A stretch of 64,000 nt of DNA from Promethearchaeota archaeon (GCA_048939995.1 JBHLOY010000003.1:288001-352000); one strand, 5' to 3'. Shown: positions 9,279-19,498, counted from the first letter of the stretch. Notes: generated from the letters alone by a model not told the origin. A program made the numbers and translations.

Positions 9279-9737
9279 TCATTCTGATAATTTTTTCTTT
9301 TTAATTTTTCTAATATAGATAATCAAATAGCCCGCAGGAATTGAAAGACTAAAGCCCCATAATGGAGATCTAAATATAAATAGAATACTCCCTATTGAAT
9401 AAAGAAAACGAATGATGAATTTTAATGCTCGATTTCTCAATGGTTTTTTTTTTAGAATTTGAATCAAATATTGAAAAATTGAGGGGATCCAGCACAGGAA
9501 GAAAACTAGGATAATTATTGGCAGGCTAATGAAATTTACTATGAAATAATAGAATATGTTCCCAATTATTAATGCAATAGTCGCACCCAGCAAAAAAGCA
9601 AAACATCCTATACAAACAGTATAGTTAAATATATAAAATATATGATCATTAAAATCATCCCGTTCTGGATCATGATGTGCTAACCAAGTGAGTATTATTC
9701 TTTTATCCTTTTGAAATTCTTCTTTTTGGTTTTGCAT
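9279..9737 (-). CDS. Membrane protein, DUF2085-like
   Basis: HHDPER...VCIGC followed by TM helices, resembling the CHQxPER...VCARC motif of DUF2085. Confidence 0.55.
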   Translation of the reverse strand: MQNQKEEFQKDKRIILTWLAHHDPERDDFNDHIFYIFNYTVCIGCFAFLLGATIALIIGNIFYYFIVNFISLPIIILVFFLCWIPSIFQYLIQILKKKPLRNRALKFIIRFLYSIGSILFIFRSPLWGFSLSIPAGYLIIYIRKIKKKKLSE

Positions 9738-9759
9738 CCTTCTACTCCATTATTTAAGA

Positions 9760-10080
9760 TTAACAACTTGCACAGACTGCTCCTTTTGATCCAATAGCAA
9801 GGAGAATTAAACCTATTATAATAAGCGTTATTCCTACAGGCAATGATGAAGGTAGTGAAAAAACTCCCGCAATCGTTAATATAGCTCCAATCAGAAATAT
9901 TATGATTAAAGTTAGAGTAGATGATTTAATTTTAAGTCCTTGTCCTGAGGTGGATCTAAATTTTGAAAGTCTTATTATCTTATTTGAACCGCATTTGGGA
10001 CATTGTGGTAAGTCTTCTTCTTCAGTAGCCAGGCAATATTTACAATTTTGACACACTAAAAATTTCCTTTTCTCCCCCAT
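9760..10080 (-). CDS. Zn-ribbon + two-TM small protein
   Basis: CQNC...CPKCGS then two hydrophobic helices. ATG 10080 (MGEKRK) is the likely start; the ORF extends to 10143. Confidence 0.7.
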   Translation of the reverse strand: MGEKRKFLVCQNCKYCLATEEEDLPQCPKCGSNKIIRLSKFRSTSGQGLKIKSSTLTLIIIFLIGAILTIAGVFSLPSSLPVGITLIIIGLILLAIGSKGAVCASC

Positions 10081-10225
10081 TTTAACTTTATCTCTCTCTA
10101 CTAGAATTTTTTGTTCAGAATCAAATAAAAATAAAGATACCATTTTATAAATTTTATCTAAAAAAAATTCATCTTGAAGAATCGTCTATTTCAACTTCCG
10201 TAAGAATTTCTAGCATTGAATTTTT

Positions 10226-10253
10226 ATTGAAATCAGACCCTGAATTTACCTTC
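10226..10253. repeat. 28-bp intergenic repeat, copy B
   Basis: ATTGAAATCAGACCCTGAATTTACCTTC. Confidence 0.7.
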
Positions 10254-10389
10254 CCAAACCAATTTCGTTGAAAATTGGGATAAAATTTAAAATAGTTTGA
10301 ACGTTTTTAGAATGATTATTGTAAATTGAATAGAAAATTTTTTTATTGATCTTTATTCGATAACAAGTTATAAAAAACGGATTTATAGA

Positions 10390-11205
10390 ATGATGTTCGT
10401 AATCAAAATGCTATTAGGCAAGGTTAAATTTAATGCTTGGAAAAGAAAAAACATTATTGAAGATTACGTCGATATCGGAGATATCAAAATGTATTATGCC
10501 ATGTTCGGTACTGGAGAGCCAGTTTTTTTATTACATGGCGGGATGGTAGATTACACAAGTTGGTTTTTTCAAATCAAAGAATTAGCAAAACATTTTCAGA
10601 TAATCGCTCCAGATACTCGAGCTCATGGAAGGACAACAGATTCAGATAAGCCTTTAAGTTATCATCTCTTTGCTTCAGATATTTCTCAAATGATGGAGAA
10701 ATTGGAAATAAAAAAAGCAAGTTTCGTAGGTTGGAGCGATGGGGGGTGCACTTCCTTGGTTCTTGGTCTACAGCATCCTGAATTAGTAAATAAGTTAGTA
10801 TTAATTGGTACTCCATATAATATATCTAATTTTTATCCTGATATCTTTGAAAGTTTTAATAATCTAAATCCTAATAATTTACCTAAAGATTATAAATTTA
10901 TTAAAAAAGCATATGAGAAAGTAGCATTAGATCCGGATAATTGGCCAATTCTAATCGAAAAAGAATTGAATATGGCTAAGAGAGAACCAAATTTCACGTT
11001 AGACCAATTGAAGAGCATTAAAAGTCCCTCACTTATTATTGATGGAGAAGGTGAACGCCTTTATCCATTAAAAGTTATTCAAGAAATGGCTGATGCTATA
11101 CCTAATGCGCAACTCGAAATTATTCCAGGTGGGACACATTTAGTTCTTATGGAGAAACCTAAACTAATAAACCGACTAATTGTAAGTTTTTTGAAGAATG
11201 ACTAA
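10390..11205 (+). CDS. Alpha/beta hydrolase
   Basis: LLHGG, DTRAHGRT, GWSDGG nucleophile motif and C-terminal His (GTHL). Confidence 0.9.
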   Translation: MMFVIKMLLGKVKFNAWKRKNIIEDYVDIGDIKMYYAMFGTGEPVFLLHGGMVDYTSWFFQIKELAKHFQIIAPDTRAHGRTTDSDKPLSYHLFASDISQMMEKLEIKKASFVGWSDGGCTSLVLGLQHPELVNKLVLIGTPYNISNFYPDIFESFNNLNPNNLPKDYKFIKKAYEKVALDPDNWPILIEKELNMAKREPNFTLDQLKSIKSPSLIIDGEGERLYPLKVIQEMADAIPNAQLEIIPGGTHLVLMEKPKLINRLIVSFLKND

Positions 11206-11233
11206 ATTGAATTCAGACTCTGAATTTTTCTTG
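11206..11233. repeat. 28-bp intergenic repeat, copy C
   Basis: ATTGAATTCAGACTCTGAATTTTTCTTG, with a palindromic AATTCAGA-C-TCTGAATT core. Confidence 0.65.
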
Positions 11234-11257
11234 AACTCCATGTTTAAATTAAATATT

Positions 11258-11279
11258 GGTCTCTACAAACTCTTTATAT
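11258..11279 (+). promoter_or_regulatory. Putative BRE/TATA promoter element upstream of the peptide gene
   Basis: GGTCTCTACAAACTCTTTATAT; near-identical copy at 23166-23187. Confidence 0.45.
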
Positions 11280-11355
11280 CGGGTTTAAATATTAAGAATT
11301 AGGAAAGTAAATTTTTCTCATTTCGATAAAAAATTAAAAAGTGAGGAGAAAGAGT

Positions 11356-11427
11356 ATGAATAAAGAAGGAAGAAAAAAGTCACCCAAGATAGTGGTTATT
11401 TATAATCCCGCATATATAATTTACTAA
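11356..11427 (+). CDS. 23-aa peptide MNKEGRKKSPKIVVIYNPAYIIY (below the ORF-track size cutoff)
   Basis: GTGAGGAG RBS upstream; paralog of 8362-8433. Confidence 0.65.
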   Translation: MNKEGRKKSPKIVVIYNPAYIIY

Positions 11428-11544
11428 TCAAATTTTTTTACTTTTTTTAAATTCATCATGAATTTCACGGGTACTATATTTTTAAAAGTGAAACTATCTA
11501 TATTTTAATATAAACTTAATTTAACTTTAAAGTGGAGGGTAAAA

Positions 11545-12267
11545 ATGGTAAATAATTATTATTTAAAAAATAAAGTAAAATTAACTACTCAATTTGAAAA
11601 GTATTTACATATATCAAAAGAATTATTGCTAAAGAAATTCAATGAACTGGAAATAGAAGAGATTTTTAATAAAATGCGAAATGAATATGAGAGTCTAATC
11701 CCAGAAATACCATATATCGGGGGTAAGAAAAATCCTTCCACACCTATGCTGATAGATTGTGTTGCTATGCTAGTATTTTTTCGCATTCTTGAACAAGCAG
11801 GGGTGACCTACCGTGAAATTGGGGAATTTAGTTATGAATTTTGGGAAAAGGTAAACGGGATAAGAGTCCATAAATTAGAAAAAGCAGGTCAAAATCCTGT
11901 AGATCAATATTTTAACGACACTTATATCAATTTTAATAAAAGTTACGCAAAAACAACACAACTAAAAGAATATCCAGACGATTTTGTTATGGAGTTTGTA
12001 GAAGGCGATGGTAAAACATTTGATTACGGTTATACTTTTACGGAATGTGGAATTCATAAAGTTTTTAAAAAGTTAGGGGCTGAGAAGTACGTTCCCTTCT
12101 TATGCTTGTCCGATTTTGCTCAGGCTAATATATTTGGATATGGATTTACACGAACTCAAACTATTGGGAATGGTGCTCTATTATGCGACCATCGATTTTT
12201 AAAAAAGGGGTCAACTCCACGAGCTTGGCCTCCAGATAATCTGCAAGAATTTAAGATGAAATTATAG
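11545..12267 (+). CDS. L-2-amino-thiazoline-4-carboxylic acid hydrolase-family (V4R-like) protein
   Basis: TECGIHK...LCLSDF...FTRTQTIGNGALLCDHRF pattern. Confidence 0.8.
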   Translation: MVNNYYLKNKVKLTTQFEKYLHISKELLLKKFNELEIEEIFNKMRNEYESLIPEIPYIGGKKNPSTPMLIDCVAMLVFFRILEQAGVTYREIGEFSYEFWEKVNGIRVHKLEKAGQNPVDQYFNDTYINFNKSYAKTTQLKEYPDDFVMEFVEGDGKTFDYGYTFTECGIHKVFKKLGAEKYVPFLCLSDFAQANIFGYGFTRTQTIGNGALLCDHRFLKKGSTPRAWPPDNLQEFKMKL

Positions 12268-12308
12268 CTTTCAGTTAACATTATAAAATAAGAAAAAAAA
12301 TAGTAAAT

Positions 12309-12485
12309 TTACTTAAATAAGTTTTCAAAGAGAGGAGAAGCTCCTACAGGAATAAATTCGTACTCAACTAGTTCTTCTCTTACAAATGGTAAGTCTTTAA
12401 TATAATTTTTAGCTTCATCAACATCTTTGCATTCAAGAACTAGCATAAGACCTGGCTTATCTGTTCTGAAATAAAATTCTCGGAA
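12309..12485 (-). pseudogene. 3' fragment of a muconolactone-isomerase-like (dimeric alpha/beta barrel) protein
   Basis: Minus-strand translation FREFYFRTDKPGLMLVLECKDVDEAKNYIKDLPFVREELVEYEFIPVGASPLFENLFK*; no N-terminus or start codon before the next gene. Confidence 0.5.
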
Positions 12486-12535
12486 AAAAAGCTTGATGGT
12501 AATGATTTCTTCAGCATAGTAGGATTTTTCTTGAA

Positions 12536-13498
12536 TTATACGCTTAACTCTTTAACTTTTAACTCCAGTTCTTCTATTCCTCTAATATCTTTAACAGATT
12601 TAGCTACATTAAATAATATTTGATAATAATTTAACGCAACGTTCTTTCCTTCCTCTCTAACAATAGCCTCACCACGTCTAAAAATTAGAACTTTTAATGC
12701 GTCAATCCGATCAACATTTGCCGCAGCAGAATATGCTTTTAAAAAGTAATCTCTCGCATTATCAAAATCATCTTTAAGAAAGTACAAAAATGCCACAGCA
12801 AAATATGAGAATTGCAAGGAGAATATAAATCCAATTTCTTCTCTTATTTCTGCAGACTTTTTATGGTATTCTAGGCCCTTATCAAGATCTTCTTTATAAA
12901 AAGAATAATAAAAAGCAAGATGTCTATATAAATAGGATTGTTCTAATTTAAAATTGCCCTCTTCTGCTAGCTCTAATCCCTTCTGATAATATTCAAAAGC
13001 ATTTTGTTTATCTCTATTATCAACTCCTTTTCTATTCTCATGATAAAGACCTAAATGAAAATAAGATTTAGATAATCCTAGTTTATCATTTATCTGGGAT
13101 CTGATATTTAGCGCTTTATCATAAAAATTCTTTGCTTCTTCAAAATCTCCTTCCAAAATTCCTTTACGGTATATGCAATTTCCATAAAGATCAAGAGCAT
13201 CAGCTAAAGTAGCCTTCGCATTAGAAGAATCTGCCAATGTTATCGCTTCCTGTAGCAAATTCATTTCATCATCATAATTAAATTCTTTAAGAAATTTTTG
13301 ATCAGTTTTGAGCTTAGCAACTTGTACTAAATATCTTGCTTTATCTTGCTTTTTTAATTCGTTTGAATCTAATATTTGTTTGATCGAATTGAGAAATAAC
13401 ATTGCGCTATCAAACTTGCCTTCAAAACGGTAAACCTCAGAGATTCTACAGACAATATTTATAAACTTGTTAAAAAGTTCTTCAAGCACGTTAATCAA
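12536..13498 (-). CDS. TPR-repeat protein (TPR_12/MalT-type repeats)
   Basis: Repeats such as EAKNFYDKALNIR...LSKSYFHLG and AFEYYQKGLELA. Confidence 0.85.
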   Translation of the reverse strand: MINVLEELFNKFINIVCRISEVYRFEGKFDSAMLFLNSIKQILDSNELKKQDKARYLVQVAKLKTDQKFLKEFNYDDEMNLLQEAITLADSSNAKATLADALDLYGNCIYRKGILEGDFEEAKNFYDKALNIRSQINDKLGLSKSYFHLGLYHENRKGVDNRDKQNAFEYYQKGLELAEEGNFKLEQSYLYRHLAFYYSFYKEDLDKGLEYHKKSAEIREEIGFIFSLQFSYFAVAFLYFLKDDFDNARDYFLKAYSAAANVDRIDALKVLIFRRGEAIVREEGKNVALNYYQILFNVAKSVKDIRGIEELELKVKELSV

Positions 13499-13739
13499 CT
13501 ATTAATACAATATTTCAGGAATTGAACTCGTTAGAAGATTAAAATTCTAAGTAGAATTATTAAATTACTTTATATATAGATTTACAGATTGAACTTCAAA
13601 CAAATTTTGATAAAAAATTTGAACTAACTCAGTTAATAAACTTGATACTGTATTAATCACTCCATTAAGTCTAAAACAACAGTTTTTTAAGAATAAATGA
13701 CTATTTTTTCTAGATCTTAAAGATTAGAGGGGGAATCAT

Positions 13740-14300
13740 TTGGTAGAAGTTAGATATTGGTGGCCTCTATTTCCTTTAATTGGAATTATTTTAATGATTA
13801 CGTCTTTATTTTTGCCATGGATGTTAGTTACAATTGATTATCTTCCTAATTTTTACTTACAGGATGGATTTTTGCTCTTTGGTGGTATTTTAGTTTCTCT
13901 GGAACCTTTTTCTGTATTATACCCAGAAATGCTAATCGTGTTGAACCTTCTTCGGATGCTATTAATAATTTTTGGGGCTGCTTTGATGGGGTATACTTTA
14001 TTATTGTTAATATCCACTATTTGGGTTATTAAAAGTAATAAAGGAATAAAAAAAGCAAAGATTATGTGGTTAGTTATTGGTCTTTTATTGCTTTCAAATC
14101 AAATAATCCAATTGGCTATTTATAATATAAATTTTTTATATATTAGTCGTCATTTCCCAAACCCGTTGACAGTTAGATTTACTGTTGACATAGGAATGAT
14201 CTTTTTAATATTTGGAAGTGTAATTTTGATTTTAGGATATATATTAGCTAAGAGAATAGGTCAAAATCGTCTCAGTGAAAAACCTATTAATGTTGATTAA
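13740..14300 (+). CDS. Hypothetical membrane protein (about 4 TM)
   Basis: Hydrophobic ORF with SLFLPW motif; GAGGGGG RBS before a TTG start. Confidence 0.7.
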   Translation: MVEVRYWWPLFPLIGIILMITSLFLPWMLVTIDYLPNFYLQDGFLLFGGILVSLEPFSVLYPEMLIVLNLLRMLLIIFGAALMGYTLLLLISTIWVIKSNKGIKKAKIMWLVIGLLLLSNQIIQLAIYNINFLYISRHFPNPLTVRFTVDIGMIFLIFGSVILILGYILAKRIGQNRLSEKPINVD

Positions 14301-14340
14301 TAAGAATTAAATGAAAAAAATAAGCTCAAAATGACTGCTT

Positions 14341-15207
14341 TTATGCATAATTTATTTCTCGAATGTTCTCTATAGATCTAACTCCCTTTTTTGATAAAAT
14401 CTTGGTTAATTTACTCCGTAAACTGTTTAACCTTAATTCATGGAACATTAATGCTGGCAATGGTATAATTGAAAGCATAAAAGGTGTCGAAATAATTCCT
14501 GGTATATCAGCAAGTTCTCCCAATTCGGGATGTAAACTTTGTATAGCACCGAACATTAATACTATCATGCCGAATATTGCTCCGATTCCTACATAACCAG
14601 AAAATATACTGTGGAAATAATGATAAACCCCTTCGACATCTGGTAAAAGCCTTTTTTCTTTCTTCCTTTTTTCATTCTTCAATGAACACATAATACTCGA
14701 ATCTCTGAGTAACCAAATTGGTTCAAGTATTAAAATCAAGAATGGGAGGACAAAATAACTAGTAGTTGATGCTTTTAGAAAGGGAGTAGGCGCTTCATAT
14801 ACTGATGGTGAAGGGGCTATAATAATTTCTTCGGGTATGATCTGAGATAGAAATATTCCAATGCTGAATGAAAAGAAACCTAGGAGTAGAACTCGTTTTG
14901 CGATGCTCCAATAATTCAATTTAAGATAAGTCTCTTTTAATATATAATAGTCATATCGGTTCAATTTCATAATTCTATGAATTTTAAAGAAAAATACAGA
15001 AAATATAACAGAAAAACATTGAATCAAAATCATCATAATTAATGGTGAAAAGAAAAAGTTATAGGCAGAATCAATAACTAAACTTACAAATGGTATTAAG
15101 TAGGTAAGATCTTGTGTACCTTCAGCTCCAAGAGCAATAATTTGAAAAAGAAAACTAGGGATAACTACGGCTAGATATAAAATAATCGGATAAACATATT
15201 TGTTCAT
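14341..15207 (-). CDS. Hypothetical multi-pass membrane protein
   Basis: 288 aa with about 6 hydrophobic segments. Confidence 0.7.
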   Translation of the reverse strand: MNKYVYPIILYLAVVIPSFLFQIIALGAEGTQDLTYLIPFVSLVIDSAYNFFFSPLIMMILIQCFSVIFSVFFFKIHRIMKLNRYDYYILKETYLKLNYWSIAKRVLLLGFFSFSIGIFLSQIIPEEIIIAPSPSVYEAPTPFLKASTTSYFVLPFLILILEPIWLLRDSSIMCSLKNEKRKKEKRLLPDVEGVYHYFHSIFSGYVGIGAIFGMIVLMFGAIQSLHPELGELADIPGIISTPFMLSIIPLPALMFHELRLNSLRSKLTKILSKKGVRSIENIREINYA

Positions 15208-15372
15208 TTTTTTTTCTTACCTTATAATTTTTTGAGATTATAGTTATTGAATTTCTTTTAATCTTACCAATGAAATTTATAATTTTAAATTATTTGAAAA
15301 TAAAATTCTTGATTTTATACATAATAGATCTAAGTCGTAGCGATTTAAATAGAGAATTAGGGTCAATTCGAA

Positions 15373-15984
15373 TTAATTAGATTTCTTTTTTAGGATTAGA
15401 TATTTAATAGTATCATAGATACTGTAAATTCCGATTGAAAAGACTGTAAAAGATATGCAAAAAATAGCTATTATAAATATCAAATCTGAAGGGATTCGTA
15501 TAATTGTAATGATTCCAACTCCTATTAGAACCAGGCCAAGTATAAACCCAAATGGAATTATAGAAATACGGACAATTTTATATAAGAAAATTAAGGAGAG
15601 TGAAAAACTGATACTTAAGACCAATGTTCCCAAAGAATGAGGAATGAATGCAGCAAAAATGGTTATCATAAATGTAATTACAAGGATTTTCAATTCTTTA
15701 TCTAATGGTTCTTTATCTTTTTTTTTAGCAAATTTTTTTATACCAAATAACATTGACTTTAATTTCATTGCTCTTTTATAATTCTTTATTGCTTCTTTGT
15801 ATCGCTTGGAATTTACTAAATTATCTCCCTCGATTTTTAAGACATCTAACTCCCAAATACATCTATTGAATTTGTTTAAATCAATTTTTTTAAGCTCATG
15901 TTGATTTTCAATAAGCCAATCTTCCAATAATGAAAATTCCTCCTCAAAATGTTGAATCTTTCTTAAAAACTTTATTTCTTTCAT
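15373..15984 (-). CDS. Membrane protein with N-terminal TPR-like helix pair
   Basis: EGDNLVNSKRYKEAIKNYKRAM followed by about 4 TM helices. Confidence 0.6.
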   Translation of the reverse strand: MKEIKFLRKIQHFEEEFSLLEDWLIENQHELKKIDLNKFNRCIWELDVLKIEGDNLVNSKRYKEAIKNYKRAMKLKSMLFGIKKFAKKKDKEPLDKELKILVITFMITIFAAFIPHSLGTLVLSISFSLSLIFLYKIVRISIIPFGFILGLVLIGVGIITIIRIPSDLIFIIAIFCISFTVFSIGIYSIYDTIKYLILKKKSN

Positions 15985-16105
15985 TTTAGGGTAATTGAAT
16001 TTCTTTTAATATTTATAATTTTAATTTATTTACAAATTTATGAGTAAAAAGCCAATTATTTAAAACATTTATTTCTCTATTTAACTTTAACTTCTAATTG
16101 TAATA

Positions 16106-16354
16106 TTGTTGAATCATTCAATGGATGAGAAAAAGAAGATTACTGAAGAGTTTAAAGATGAAATGGGATTTAAATCGTGTGATTTATCTAATAAACAAAC
16201 AACTAATAAACAAGAACTATTTGGAACTCAGAGACCAACTATAAACATGGATTGTAAAAATTCATTAAATATTACTTATGAGTGCACTGGATTGATTGAT
16301 GTCAACAAAAAGAAAGTATTTAAATCTACTTGTGAAGAAAAAATAAGTAAATAA
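16106..16354 (+). CDS. Hypothetical protein
   Basis: 82-aa ORF filling an intergenic gap; no motif recognised. Confidence 0.3.
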   Translation: MLNHSMDEKKKITEEFKDEMGFKSCDLSNKQTTNKQELFGTQRPTINMDCKNSLNITYECTGLIDVNKKKVFKSTCEEKISK

Positions 16355-16368
16355 GAAGTAAAAATAAA

Positions 16369-17082
16369 CTATTTGTTATCAGATTGCTCTAAATCAGCGG
16401 AGAAAAACGTATTTCCATAATGCGTATATAAAACTGTTGCAGGATTGTGAGGATTTGCCCTATCCTTGGCAATAAATGTTGTGACAGGCGCATCTGAAAG
16501 GCGTGTAAAGGTGACATCATGGCCAACACACAATCCAACAATAAGATTGAGATCTGTTTTAAATTTATTTAAGATTAAAGCTTGTGCAACAGGATTACAT
16601 GATACAAAACCAATTGGGTATCCTGTTTTCGATATCGTAAAGTATTCTTTAGGTATACCTACCTCAAGTTTATTAATTGCTCCTGTCTTACAGCATACTG
16701 AACAAACCTCAAAACCATATTTAAGAAGAATATCGGCAGTTTTTTCTGTTTCTTTTTGTAAAGCAACACAAGAGGCAAGTCCAATTTTTTTAAAACCCAT
16801 TCCTTTTGCATATTCTATAGTATCTTTTAGCCGAGGCCAATGCATATATCCTTTAGCTTCAACAATAGATGCTATATTGGTTGACTTCTTTATAAATTCA
16901 TCCATTCTATACAATTCCATTGCTTGCTTAGTGATTTCAGGGCTTACCTTCATCGGACAATTCTTTAGCTCTTTATTCGGTTTCCCAATAGTGCACTGAT
17001 TTAAACTATCGCACTTAAAGCATGTTGGAGCGTTTAGATCTGTTCTTTTTTTAGTATTTATCTTATTTTTCTCTAATGCCAT
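16369..17082 (-). CDS. DUF1847 family metal-binding protein
   Basis: KKIGLASCVAL, SVCCK, CNPVAQA, GLCVGHD and AKDR...HNP motifs. Confidence 0.85.
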   Translation of the reverse strand: MALEKNKINTKKRTDLNAPTCFKCDSLNQCTIGKPNKELKNCPMKVSPEITKQAMELYRMDEFIKKSTNIASIVEAKGYMHWPRLKDTIEYAKGMGFKKIGLASCVALQKETEKTADILLKYGFEVCSVCCKTGAINKLEVGIPKEYFTISKTGYPIGFVSCNPVAQALILNKFKTDLNLIVGLCVGHDVTFTRLSDAPVTTFIAKDRANPHNPATVLYTHYGNTFFSADLEQSDNK

Positions 17083-17416
17083 ACTACATCAAATTTCAAT
17101 TCTAACTAAGAATAAAGAATGAAAAATATTAAGTTTTGATTGAATATAATAAAAGATAGCAATTATCGAAAAACGAAATTTTTTTTCCAGACATTGAGGA
17201 AATAGGACAAAATGATCATTTTTCTCGATAGATTCTCTCCAATTTTTTGCATCTCGATAATATACTTCATGGTATTTTATCTAAATTCGAAATTGAAAAC
17301 TAAAATAGTGAATGAATTAACTACTTGTGTAATTATTGCACTTTTATTTATATAGTATACAATGATATGTCATTAGCAGAATTGATTAATTTTAGCCTTA
17401 AAAATTTGTGATTTGA

Positions 17417-17815
17417 ATGCTAAAAAGCGACAAACAAATGCCCCAACTTAAAAATTTTACAGCTCCAGATATATTAGAAATTAGATCTTTAAAAGAGATA
17501 GATACTTTATTTACAGATAATCCCAAATTGGATATAGTATTAGATTTCTGGGCTGAATGGTGTGGTCCATGTAAGCAGTTTTTTCCAATATTCGAAAGGC
17601 TACATAAAGAATATTACAAACATTTTGTTTTTGCCAAGGTAAATATTGAGCAAGATAAACGAATTTCTTATAAATATAATATAACCAACCTTCCAACTTG
17701 TATAATCATTAAAAATGGCAATCTAGCCTATATGCATACAAGCATTATTGATTATCTTGAATTAAAAGAAACACTTGAAAGATATAAGAATTTTAAATTA
17801 AATACTAATGATTAA
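17417..17815 (+). CDS. trxA: Thioredoxin
   Basis: DFWAEWCGPCK active-site motif and cis-Pro LPT. Confidence 0.9.
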   Translation: MLKSDKQMPQLKNFTAPDILEIRSLKEIDTLFTDNPKLDIVLDFWAEWCGPCKQFFPIFERLHKEYYKHFVFAKVNIEQDKRISYKYNITNLPTCIIIKNGNLAYMHTSIIDYLELKETLERYKNFKLNTND

Positions 17816-19313
17816 GAATCTCATGATATATCAAGAACTTATAAGAATCTTGGAAATCTATTTTACTGGAATAGATATGTTTTACCGTAATGTTGATAAG
17901 TACTTTCTTGAAAAGATAAAGCGATTTTTAGGAAATAATGTAGATAATATAGATAAAGTTCTTGAAGACATTATTCTGATTTTAATTGATGAGTTTGTAG
18001 AATTAGGATTATATAAAGCTAAAGTTCAAAATAGATTTTTCGATAAATTTTTAACCGTGAGAATTGAAGAAAATAGCATTTCTTCAATTGATACTTTATA
18101 TGAAAAAAAAATTGCTCCATTAGTTTATGAAGTAATCTTAGAACAAGTCATTTTCTATCTTATAGATGATAGAGGAATACCAATAATTTTATGTTTTAAA
18201 AATAAAGGTTTTCTTACTCTTGATTTTGTGATTGAATTAAGGAATTTGAAAAATTTATTAAATGAATCACCTGTAAAACTTGATAAGTTGAAAAAGTATT
18301 TTCAAATCCGAGATAAAATTATTATAAAATTCTGTGAGAACAAAGAAAAAATAGAAAGTTTAGAGGATTTAGATGATTTAGAGACTAAAATACAATTATT
18401 TTATCAGATCTACAAAATTATTGATTTCTTCGATATTAACTACATTTTTGATTTTTCTCACATGAAATGTTTTTTACAAGATCATTTTGAGGATTGTATG
18501 GAAAGTATACCTCTAATTTCTTTAAAAAATCCAGACATTTATTATTGTGCATTATACTTAGCAAATGAATTAAAAGTTAATTTTAATCATAAGAAAATCA
18601 AAGTCTTTTTGCAGGATTTATATAAAGATCTTCTAGATGATTTTGACGTTCCTATTTTGGAAGCAACTAATCAAATATCCTTTTATTTACAATCAACTTC
18701 CCTAGTAAAATTGTGGTTAGAAGATGAACAAATAAAAAATCTTGTGAAATTTGATTCTCATATGTTTGATCCTTATTATTTAAAAAATATGGAAACCTCT
18801 CAACTTGGAAATATTTTAGCTATATTTGCTTTTCTTAATTCTTTGAATAAAGATGAATTAATTATTGAAGCCATTAATGATGAGATTGAAAAGAGAATTA
18901 CTCCAAATAAAGTATTGCAATATCGAAATGGTTTTTATTCATCAGAAGCAAGCTATTATGTCATATTTAGTAATTATATAAATAATAATTATGATAAATT
19001 AAAATCCTTGTTAAATCCCAATATCTTGGACAAAATTGTGTCTAGAATCTATAGAAACCTGGAATTTCTGGAATTTTCAGGAGATATGAATATTGACTTA
19101 TTAAGTGAACTATTTTATTCTATTGAGAGCTTGAGACTATTTAATTGTATAAAAATAAAAGAATTTACAATGCTTCTAACTAAATATATGTTTCCTGAAA
19201 CAATTGAGCGCAAAATATCAAGAACTATAGGTATTAATGGATCAAAAACAAGATCCAAATATTTAACTATAGATAAAATAACTGGAGAATCATATTATAT
19301 GATTACAAGTTAG
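17808..19313 (+). CDS. Hypothetical alpha-helical protein, coupled to thioredoxin
   Basis: 501-aa ORF overlapping the trxA stop codon. Confidence 0.7.
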   Translation: MIKNLMIYQELIRILEIYFTGIDMFYRNVDKYFLEKIKRFLGNNVDNIDKVLEDIILILIDEFVELGLYKAKVQNRFFDKFLTVRIEENSISSIDTLYEKKIAPLVYEVILEQVIFYLIDDRGIPIILCFKNKGFLTLDFVIELRNLKNLLNESPVKLDKLKKYFQIRDKIIIKFCENKEKIESLEDLDDLETKIQLFYQIYKIIDFFDINYIFDFSHMKCFLQDHFEDCMESIPLISLKNPDIYYCALYLANELKVNFNHKKIKVFLQDLYKDLLDDFDVPILEATNQISFYLQSTSLVKLWLEDEQIKNLVKFDSHMFDPYYLKNMETSQLGNILAIFAFLNSLNKDELIIEAINDEIEKRITPNKVLQYRNGFYSSEASYYVIFSNYINNNYDKLKSLLNPNILDKIVSRIYRNLEFLEFSGDMNIDLLSELFYSIESLRLFNCIKIKEFTMLLTKYMFPETIERKISRTIGINGSKTRSKYLTIDKITGESYYMITS

Positions 19314-19336
19314 TATTAATTTATCGAATAAAGTTA

Positions 19337-19498
19337 TTAATGAGTAAAGAGTTTTGAGCCCGATTTAAGACATTTATCAAGATTTTCTTTTATATTTGGG
19401 TTCTCAAGAGCTTTAAAAATCTCATCTACATTTAAACATGATTGTATTGATTCATTTTTAAATCCTATTTTAATTACTTTTTCTTTCTTTTCATTCAT
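19337..19498 (-). CDS. Possible 53-aa small protein (MNEKKEKVIKIGF...KLFTH)
   Basis: ATG-initiated ORF in an otherwise empty gap, with GTGAG upstream; not in the ORF track. Confidence 0.3.
   Translation of the reverse strand: MNEKKEKVIKIGFKNESIQSCLNVDEIFKALENPNIKENLDKCLKSGSKLFTH

Noticed and set aside
9236-11233. 28-bp repeats as a CRISPR array
   Set aside because: Spacing is about 1 kb with whole genes in between, the repeats are degenerate and there are no cas genes.
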